Origin: a virus
Taxonomy: Duplodnaviria > Caudoviricetes
DNA: 64,000 nucleotides
Virus record (IMG/VR): IMGVR_UViG_3300030330_001640
Location: 3,123-67,122 of that record
Strand: one strand, 5' to 3'
The stretch's first letter is position 1, and every line of letters starts with the position of its first letter. The position numbers and the translations under genes are program-made. The notes beneath the pieces are model-generated. The model saw only the letters and a list, made by a program, of their open reading frames with translations, made no database searches and had not been told where the DNA came from. Below, one piece after another: positions 46,317 through 53,345 of this stretch.

Positions 46317-47402
46317 ATGAAATGGATAGGTCAACACATATGGGATTTTATATCTAGATTTCGTTCTACAGTTTATATTGAAAACTTAGAAACGTCATCA
46401 GAAGAAAATGTACTTGTAGTTGACTCAGATGGTAAGGTAACAAAGAATACTACATTAGGTGGTAGTGATTTAACTATAACTAATGCTAGTGATAACAGAG
46501 TCGTCACATCTACTGGCGGCTCTGGATTAAATGCTGAATCTGGAGTTACATATGATGGTACAACTTTTGCAGTTGGAGGTCTTTCTTATATTGATGCTTC
46601 AGAATTACTAGCGGTATCTGGTAATGACGCTAGTAGTACACCTGCTTTACTTTTGCAAAACAATCATACAGGAGCCGTTGGCCCAGCGTTAAACTTTGCT
46701 AAAACCGCTAGTGGTGAAGATGATGATCAATTAGGTAAGATTAATTTTTCTGGAAAAGATGACGGTAATGCATCTCAGACATACGCTGAAATAGAGTGTT
46801 ATATAGCTGACGCTTCCGCTGGCGCTGAAGAAGGTAAATTAATATTAAGTGTAGCTAGTCACGATGGGGAGATACAACCAGGATTAACTATAGCATCTGG
46901 TGATGCTGAAGATGAAGTAGATGTAACTATAGGTAATGGAGCAAACTCAGTTATAGATACAGCTGGTATTTTTAGAGGAAGTAATATAGGTACTATACAA
47001 GATACCTTTATACCAGTGTTGCCAATTGATTTTAACAATAGTAGTAGTTATAGGTTTTTAGCAAACGTAGGTGGAGACGGTCAATACATAACAGCTAGTG
47101 GTGCTAGTGTTTATTATTACGCTCAAAAAATAATACCAAAAGGATATACCGCAACTTCGTGTACAATATTTGGTATAGATAGTGATGCTAATAGCCAATT
47201 ACGATGTTACCAAACTGATATACTTGGTACAGCCGCATCTCCTGTTGTAGGTGCTGTTACTATATCATCTGGAGCTTGGACTATGAATTTTACATCTAAT
47301 ATAGTTGGAGACGGTCAAAAGGCTTGTACTATTTATTTTGATCCTGGCGATACTGCTGATAGAATTTATGGAGGAAAAATAGAAATAACTAAAACAACAT
47401 AA
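46317..47402 (+). CDS. tail fibre / spike-like structural protein
   Basis: MKWIGQHIWDFISRFR start, DNRVVTSTG..LNAE repeat-like segment, beta-rich C-terminus. Confidence 0.6.
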   Translation: MKWIGQHIWDFISRFRSTVYIENLETSSEENVLVVDSDGKVTKNTTLGGSDLTITNASDNRVVTSTGGSGLNAESGVTYDGTTFAVGGLSYIDASELLAVSGNDASSTPALLLQNNHTGAVGPALNFAKTASGEDDDQLGKINFSGKDDGNASQTYAEIECYIADASAGAEEGKLILSVASHDGEIQPGLTIASGDAEDEVDVTIGNGANSVIDTAGIFRGSNIGTIQDTFIPVLPIDFNNSSSYRFLANVGGDGQYITASGASVYYYAQKIIPKGYTATSCTIFGIDSDANSQLRCYQTDILGTAASPVVGAVTISSGAWTMNFTSNIVGDGQKACTIYFDPGDTADRIYGGKIEITKTT

Positions 47403-47695
47403 TGGCAATATTTTATAAAAACATATCATCAATAGCAACTACTACTTTAATAACTAAAGGTAGTAGCAATAGTGGTGGTATACGTAAAATAACTATAGCT
47501 AATCATGATAACTCAGATCTTGTTATAGTAAAATTATATTTAGATGATGGTAGTACTACTTATACAATAACAGAAACTACAATACCACCTTTAGTAACAC
47601 TTGTGTTAGAAGATAATTTAGGGTTTGACTCAAGTATATATAATTTAAAATTAGATACGAGTACTACAGCCGAAATAACCGTAATAGTAAAATAA
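47402..47695 (+). CDS. small structural protein
   Basis: beta-rich, ITIAN and IP..TLVLED motifs. Confidence 0.55.
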   Translation: MAIFYKNISSIATTTLITKGSSNSGGIRKITIANHDNSDLVIVKLYLDDGSTTYTITETTIPPLVTLVLEDNLGFDSSIYNLKLDTSTTAEITVIVK

Positions 47696-48186
47696 TGAGA
47701 TTAGAAGTAATTAGATTTTCAAGTGGCGCTGATAGTACTAATGGTATACTATTGGAGGCTATAGAACAAGGTAATGATATAGATGGAATTTTTTTCCAAA
47801 AAAAGTTTTTAGCATATACATTAGAAGATGAACAAAGAGATACAAAAGTTTATGGCGAAACAAGAATACCAGACGGTACTTACAAACTGGGTCTCAGAAA
47901 AGTGGGTGGGTATCACGCAAGGTACACGAAAAGATTTCCGCACATACATGTGGGTATGCTTCATGTTCTTGATGTTCCTGGCTTTGAGTATATACTTATC
48001 CATTGTGGAAACACCGATGAGCATACCGCCGGTTGTTTGTTGGTAGGTGATTCACAAGAAAATAATCAAATAGTAAAAAATGGATTTATAGGTAAATCTA
48101 CTCAAGCTTATAAAAGAATATATCCACGTATAGCAGAAGCTATAGAATGTGGAGAAAATGTAACAATAACATATAAAACTATATAA
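47695..48186 (+). CDS. DUF5675-like protein, candidate cell-wall peptidase (endolysin)
   Basis: TLED..GETRIP.GTY, ILIHCGN...TAGCLLVG with His/Cys arrangement like L,D-transpeptidase folds. Confidence 0.65.
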   Translation: MRLEVIRFSSGADSTNGILLEAIEQGNDIDGIFFQKKFLAYTLEDEQRDTKVYGETRIPDGTYKLGLRKVGGYHARYTKRFPHIHVGMLHVLDVPGFEYILIHCGNTDEHTAGCLLVGDSQENNQIVKNGFIGKSTQAYKRIYPRIAEAIECGENVTITYKTI

Positions 48187-49241
48187 TGAAAAAATTATTA
48201 TTAATATTAGTTATATTACTAATATCGTGTGCTACACCAAAGAAATGTTGTGCACAAGAGTTTTTTAAATACTCTACTTTTTATACATCAATAACAACTA
48301 ATACACCATTTACAGAAAGAGAAGATTATATAGCGGTTGATAAAGGTTATGAGGATGTAACGTGGGTCTCTCCTTACGACTACAATTTAACGTTAGGCCT
48401 GCGCAAAATAGCAAGATTCGATTATGAAACAAAACGTCAAACATGGTATACAGGTACTGAAAGAAATACTGCAGACAACGTTACTATTGGTAACGCTCCT
48501 GGTTGGGAGTACCTTTTTAATTATTCTTTTATACGGAATCGCGGTGACAAGTTTACTGAGCAAAATTTCTGGCTTAGATACCTTGGAAATAAATTCGTTG
48601 CGAAAGCGCAATACACAGATAATCAAAGAGTAAATTTAAAATACTCTTCTTTAGATTTTAGATTAAGATTAAATAAAGGTAATTGGGATTTAACTATTGG
48701 TTCTGTATTTAGAATACATCCAGTATATGGTATAAATCCGATAGAAGACTTCTGGACACCAGGTGAAAATACGTTTCAAGAATTAGCAGAAGACTTTGGT
48801 TATGCATCAGAGCAATGGGTACAGGGTTTTTATGTAGATCAAAACTGGTATGATGTTAGTAGCGGTGATTCTATATTAATAGCTACATCAAATGATGAGT
48901 TTTATAACTGGTGGTTTGGCGATGCTGTAGCAAGATTTAATGAACAAGAATTAGAGAAGTTAGGTTTACAAAAAGAGCTTAGTGCTGTAGTAGGTTTAGC
49001 TTATTATAAATATACACCAACAACGTGGATACACGGTTGGTTTAATTGTCTTCCATATCACTATGGATTAGATGACTACTCATATGATTATGAAGATAGC
49101 ACTATAGAGTGGGATGCTGGTTTAATATTTGGAACTAAAGTAACAAGAAGCCTTGGTCTTTTCGTGGAAGGAACCCACATGAGATACTGGGGTAAAGAAA
49201 TTTTTGAGGTAAAGTTTGGGTTTAACTATTTAATATTTTAA
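48186..49241 (+). CDS. secreted outer-membrane beta-barrel-like protein
   Basis: signal peptide; alternating aromatic/hydrophobic strands; ends EVKFGFNYLIF. Confidence 0.65.
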   Translation: MKKLLLILVILLISCATPKKCCAQEFFKYSTFYTSITTNTPFTEREDYIAVDKGYEDVTWVSPYDYNLTLGLRKIARFDYETKRQTWYTGTERNTADNVTIGNAPGWEYLFNYSFIRNRGDKFTEQNFWLRYLGNKFVAKAQYTDNQRVNLKYSSLDFRLRLNKGNWDLTIGSVFRIHPVYGINPIEDFWTPGENTFQELAEDFGYASEQWVQGFYVDQNWYDVSSGDSILIATSNDEFYNWWFGDAVARFNEQELEKLGLQKELSAVVGLAYYKYTPTTWIHGWFNCLPYHYGLDDYSYDYEDSTIEWDAGLIFGTKVTRSLGLFVEGTHMRYWGKEIFEVKFGFNYLIF

Positions 49242-49243
49242 TT

Positions 49244-50002
49244 ATGAAGAAATACATTATAATTTTATTTGCGTTTATTAGCTCGTTTGCTAATGCGCAG
49301 CTTGACTTTCAAACACTGTGCTTAGAGTGTGCTGCACAAAACGGTTTTTATTGTGGAGATGATCCAGCTAACTGGACACAATACTCACCTAATGGTTGCG
49401 TGCCTAACGGGCAAGGTGGTTTGTTTTATCTTAACGATGGTTGGGAAGATTGCGTTGATGGTAGTGACGAAAACAATGCTGTTGCAACCACATTACTAGA
49501 CTGTGCTCCTCCACCACCTCCACCGTGTGATACGGTTTACGTAGACGTACCAGTTTATATCTATGAAACTTTATTCCAAACAGATACTATATACCAAACA
49601 GAATATATCACTCAAATACTTTTTGATACTATAGTAGAAATTGAATATGAAACTATATTTGAAGAGATATTTGTTACAGATACTTTATATATGGAAGGAG
49701 CTTTAGATACTTTATTCGTAGATGTTATTGAGTATGTAGACGTATTTGTGTTTGATACAATAGTACAAATAGAAACTGAATACATAGAATTTTTTACTAC
49801 GGATACTATAATAGAATATGTAGAAATAATAAATACAGAATATTTAGACTGTGAAACTGGATTACCTTGCACTTCAAATATTCCTGATTTACTAATAAAA
49901 TCTATTAATAGTAATGTAATATATAATATTAATGGACAAGCTATAAAAGAACCCGAAGGATTATATATTCAAGATGGTAAAGTTAAATTTTTAATACGAT
50001 AA
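49244..50002 (+). CDS. secreted protein: LDL-receptor-A-like domain, poly-Pro linker, DT-repeat stalk, T9SS-like C-terminal domain
   Basis: MKKYIIILFAFISSFANA|Q; DGWEDCVDGSDE; PPPPPP; repeated DT(V/I/L)x; IYNINGQ...GLYIQDGKVK. Confidence 0.65.
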   Translation: MKKYIIILFAFISSFANAQLDFQTLCLECAAQNGFYCGDDPANWTQYSPNGCVPNGQGGLFYLNDGWEDCVDGSDENNAVATTLLDCAPPPPPPCDTVYVDVPVYIYETLFQTDTIYQTEYITQILFDTIVEIEYETIFEEIFVTDTLYMEGALDTLFVDVIEYVDVFVFDTIVQIETEYIEFFTTDTIIEYVEIINTEYLDCETGLPCTSNIPDLLIKSINSNVIYNINGQAIKEPEGLYIQDGKVKFLIR

Positions 50003-50005
50003 ACA

Positions 50006-50287
50006 ATGGCGTTTAAAAGAAAACCTTTCTCTGGTTTTGGTAATAAAATAAAAACCGCAAGAGCGAAAAGATTAACAAGGAAATTTGTTGGATCAACTAC
50101 TGTTGATGGTCCTGATACCTATAATATTTCTGAAAAAAAATATCTTAAAGCAGAAAAAAAAATGATGAAAGCTGATAAGCTTTTAAAAAAAGCTGGGTAT
50201 GGGCTTGAGTATAGAGAAGGAGCTTTAGGCGCTGAGGGTTATCAAACAGCTATGGATTGGGCTAGTAAAAATAAAAAAAGAAAATAA
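50006..50287 (+). CDS. basic MAFK-leader protein
   Basis: MAFKRKPFSGFG start. Confidence 0.7.
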   Translation: MAFKRKPFSGFGNKIKTARAKRLTRKFVGSTTVDGPDTYNISEKKYLKAEKKMMKADKLLKKAGYGLEYREGALGAEGYQTAMDWASKNKKRK

Positions 50288-50631
50288 TGGCTAAAGAATT
50301 ATCAGAAGAAAGTAAATTTCAAATTAGCGTTAAGACATTAATAACTATTGTTGTTGGTGTTGCTACTATTATATCAGCTTACTTTGGTTTAATGGCTAGT
50401 ATAAATTCTAAGTTTGCAGAACTAGAAGATAAAGTAGAAAAAGCCTTAGAGCTACCCAAACCAGGGACAGGTACTTATACTATAGATATGGGTGATCCAG
50501 CTGCTAGTAATACATGGCCGCCAACACGTATGGAGTTTAACATGAAAGATCAAATGGCCCGTAACCAAATTGATGCATTAGTAAAGGAGATAGATGAGAT
50601 GAAAGAAGAGATAAAACTATTAAGAAAATGA
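50287..50631 (+). CDS. single-TM coiled-coil membrane protein (spanin-like topology)
   Basis: TM LITIVVGVATIISAYFGL followed by coiled coil. Confidence 0.55.
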   Translation: MAKELSEESKFQISVKTLITIVVGVATIISAYFGLMASINSKFAELEDKVEKALELPKPGTGTYTIDMGDPAASNTWPPTRMEFNMKDQMARNQIDALVKEIDEMKEEIKLLRK

Positions 50632-51029
50632 TTAGAAGAATAGATATATCTAACTATTTGTATTTACTAATAATGTTGTTCATGTTTTTATGTGGTACAG
50701 CATTTGGTCAAGACTTTGTTACAGCTGATAATTTTAAAAACAAAATAGCTAAAGACGTTGTTGTCGTTGAATTTTGGGCTGACTGGAATAAGATGAATCA
50801 GTTTAATGAATTAAATAAATTAAAAGGATGTAATGTATATCGAATCGATATCATGTCATATATGGACATCCAGATGAATTATAATGTCACGGCTATACCT
50901 ACTGTTATTATATTTGATAATGGTATAGAAAAAGAAAGGTTTAATGCTAATGTAATGTTCAAGCTTGACGCCGACAGAAAAACAGTGCAGCACTCAGTTG
51001 ATACTATAACACTTAACAAATTTCAATAA
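50628..51029 (+). CDS. secreted thioredoxin-fold protein lacking CxxC
   Basis: signal peptide ending AFG|Q; VVVEFWADWN, YNVTAIPTVIIFDNG (cis-Pro motif). Confidence 0.75.
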   Translation: MIRRIDISNYLYLLIMLFMFLCGTAFGQDFVTADNFKNKIAKDVVVVEFWADWNKMNQFNELNKLKGCNVYRIDIMSYMDIQMNYNVTAIPTVIIFDNGIEKERFNANVMFKLDADRKTVQHSVDTITLNKFQ

Positions 51030-51031
51030 TT

Positions 51032-51367
51032 ATGGCTTACGTACAAAAAAATAATCCTATACCTATTACCGGCTGTGGTAGACGTAGATCAGAACAAATG
51101 AATAATCCATTTAAAAAGGTAGACATAAAGGCTTTAAAAAAGGTTTCTAAAGAATTAAAGAAAGCTAGTAAAACACACGCTGGTCAAGCAGAAAAAATAG
51201 CTTCTGCATTAACAATGAAAAGCCCTATGAACAAAGGTATAAGTGGGCCTTGCAAAGCTGCTGCTAAAAAGAAATTTAAAGTATGGCCTAGTGCTTATGC
51301 TTCAGGTTGGGGCGTAAGATGTACTAAAGCTGGTGGACCTGGTAGTATGGGTAAAAGTAAAAAGTAA
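51032..51367 (+). CDS. basic modular protein with WPSAYASG module
   Basis: MAYVQKNNP leader; NPFK and SPMN linkers; KFKVWPSAYASGWGVRC. Confidence 0.7.
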   Translation: MAYVQKNNPIPITGCGRRRSEQMNNPFKKVDIKALKKVSKELKKASKTHAGQAEKIASALTMKSPMNKGISGPCKAAAKKKFKVWPSAYASGWGVRCTKAGGPGSMGKSKK

Positions 51368-51909
51368 TGGCTAAAAAAACTTCTAAGTCTATTACATGGC
51401 ACGACTCAGACGCTCCTGACGCTAAAGGTAAATTTAGAGATTTATCAGCATCAGCGTTAGCTTCATGGTTAATTAAAACTAGAGATGGTAATCTTAAAAA
51501 AATTATAGGTAGTTTAAATCAACAATACGTTTTCAACAGGGGTAAAAAACCTGCTTATGCTCGTAAGATGAAAACGGTTATGAATATAGTTAGAAAAAGA
51601 TTAGGTAAAAAAGAGGACTCACCATTAAAAAGGAAAGACCCTTTAGTTGGTACTGGTAAAAAACCTAAAGGTAGTGGTAGAAGATTATATACTGATGAAA
51701 ACCCTAAAGATACAGTAGGTATTAAGTTTGCAACAGTAGCTGATGCTAGAAAAACAATTGCTAAGGTTATGAATATAAATAAACCTTATGCTAGAAAAGT
51801 ACAGATATTAACTGTACTAGAGCAGAGAGCTAAGGTAATGGGTAAAATGGAACAAGCTAGATTAGCTAAATCAGCTAAAGCTACATTAAAAAAACAAAAT
51901 AATGCTTAA
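51367..51909 (+). CDS. basic two-module protein (GTGKKPKGSGRRLYTDENP)
   Basis: two modules separated by EDSPLKRK. Confidence 0.7.
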   Translation: MAKKTSKSITWHDSDAPDAKGKFRDLSASALASWLIKTRDGNLKKIIGSLNQQYVFNRGKKPAYARKMKTVMNIVRKRLGKKEDSPLKRKDPLVGTGKKPKGSGRRLYTDENPKDTVGIKFATVADARKTIAKVMNINKPYARKVQILTVLEQRAKVMGKMEQARLAKSAKATLKKQNNA

Positions 51910-52423
51910 AGATTTTAATATAGATAAATTTAAAAAAAATAAACCTCCATCTGATAATTCATTTGACACGATGCAAGAGATTAAGCAGTTGCAAAAAATT
52001 AATATGGATAAAAGTTTTGTTAAAAAATTTGATGATGGCAAAAAAGTTTTTACTAATGTAGTTGGTAAAGATCCATTAATAAGTAAATTAATAGATCAGT
52101 CGACTCCTCATATAATGAGTTTAAAAAAATATTTTAATAGACCTAGACCAGCTGTATTAGCTCGTAAATTAAAATTAAAACTACATGATATAAAACTAAA
52201 GTCTATGGATACACCGGCTTACCCTTCTGGTCATGCTACTCAGGCTACATTATTACAATTAGCTTTATCTGATAAGTATCCTAATAAAAAAAAAGAACTT
52301 AAAGCCCTTGCAGAAAACATAATTAAAAGTAGACATTTGGCTCATACTCATTATAAGTCAGATAGTGATATGGGTAGAAAATTAGGCGAAGCAATGTATC
52401 AACATATAAAAAATAAATTATAA
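51902..52423 (+). CDS. PAP2-superfamily phosphatase / haloperoxidase-like, soluble
   Basis: all three motifs: K-x6-RP (KKYFNRPRP), PSGH, SR-x5-H-x3-D (SRHLAHTHYKSD). Confidence 0.85.
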   Translation: MLKDFNIDKFKKNKPPSDNSFDTMQEIKQLQKINMDKSFVKKFDDGKKVFTNVVGKDPLISKLIDQSTPHIMSLKKYFNRPRPAVLARKLKLKLHDIKLKSMDTPAYPSGHATQATLLQLALSDKYPNKKKELKALAENIIKSRHLAHTHYKSDSDMGRKLGEAMYQHIKNKL

Positions 52424-52797
52424 TGGCGTTTAAAATGAAAGGATTTTCTGGATTTGTAGATGACTCACCAATGAATTGTTGGAAGGGTTATGAGCGCGTA
52501 CCTGGTACAGCTAAAGGCTCAAAAGGTAGTTGTCGTAAACCATCGCCAATTAAAAAACAAAAAGGTGGTGGTACAACTAAAACCTGTTTACCAGCTGCTA
52601 AAATACGTAGCTTAAGTAAAGAAAAAAGACAACAATTAGTTAGCTCTAAACGATCAGCTGGAGCTCAAGGTAAATATAAAAGATCATCTAAAACAAATGT
52701 TAAAGGCGCTCGTAAAAAAGGAGCAACATTGAGAGACTGGTTTGAAAAAGAAGACTGGAGAAGAGTAGATGATCCATCTAAAAAATGTGGAGAATAG
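52423..52797 (+). CDS. basic MAFKMKG-leader modular protein (CWKGY module plus DUF5872-like module)
   Basis: MAFKMKGFSGF; SPMN then CWKGYERV; SPIK then KTCLP..LRDWFEKEDW. Confidence 0.7.
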   Translation: MAFKMKGFSGFVDDSPMNCWKGYERVPGTAKGSKGSCRKPSPIKKQKGGGTTKTCLPAAKIRSLSKEKRQQLVSSKRSAGAQGKYKRSSKTNVKGARKKGATLRDWFEKEDWRRVDDPSKKCGE

Positions 52798-52798
52798 T

Positions 52799-53113
52799 AT
52801 GGCGTTTAAAATGAAGGGCTGGAGCCCATATACAAAAGCAGATCCAAGGCGTACCATAGGCCCTGGTAAAAATTTTAATAAAGCAAACCCAACGGGCACG
52901 GGTGCTGCTGCTGGTGGAGGTATGACTCAAAAAGGTGTTGATGAATATAAACGTAATAATCCAGGAAGTAAATTGCAGACCGCTGTCACCACACCGCCTT
53001 CACAATTAAAAGCAGGTAGTAGAAAGGCTAAACGTAGAAAAGCGTTTTGTGCTAGGTCAAGAAGCTGGAAAAGTGAAAGAGGTAAAGCAGCTAGAAGAAG
53101 ATGGAACTGTTAA
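52799..53113 (+). CDS. basic MAFKMKG-leader protein with DUF6321-like module
   Basis: start re-assigned to 52799 (MAFKMKGWSPY); GGMTQKGV..NPGSKL..RRKAFCAR..RWNC. Confidence 0.75.
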   Translation: MAFKMKGWSPYTKADPRRTIGPGKNFNKANPTGTGAAAGGGMTQKGVDEYKRNNPGSKLQTAVTTPPSQLKAGSRKAKRRKAFCARSRSWKSERGKAARRRWNC

Positions 53114-53141
53114 AAAAAAAGGGAGCAATTAAGCTCCCTTT
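53111..53141. terminator. bidirectional intrinsic terminator between the convergent arms
   Basis: AAAGGGAGC/GCTCCCTTT stem with A run before and T-rich tract after. Confidence 0.85.
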
Positions 53142-53146
53142 ATTAT

Positions 53147-53329
53147 TTAAGAATTGTTTTTCATTTCTTGAACTTCAACCCTAATATTCTGGGCTAAGCT
53201 CTTTACATTTTGCATGTGTTTCCTAACTCTAGTACCAGCTGCTTTATTACCAGCACTAAACTTATCTGCTTCATGCATTGCTATACTTACTTCATCTTTC
53301 ATTGTTTCCATTAAGTTTCCTAAATTCAT
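53147..53329 (-). CDS. histone H1-like protein (Hc1 family)
   Basis: KF..GNKAAGTRVRK.MQ..K..AQ..R.EV pattern of Bacteroidota Hc1-like proteins. Confidence 0.8.
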   Translation of the reverse strand: MNLGNLMETMKDEVSIAMHEADKFSAGNKAAGTRVRKHMQNVKSLAQNIRVEVQEMKNNS

Positions 53330-53345
53330 ATTATATTATTTTAAA

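Noticed and set aside
52769-52798. N-terminal extension MIHLKNVENS of the last plus-strand ORF
   Set aside because: Overlaps the previous gene; the MAFKMKG leader at 52799 marks the real start
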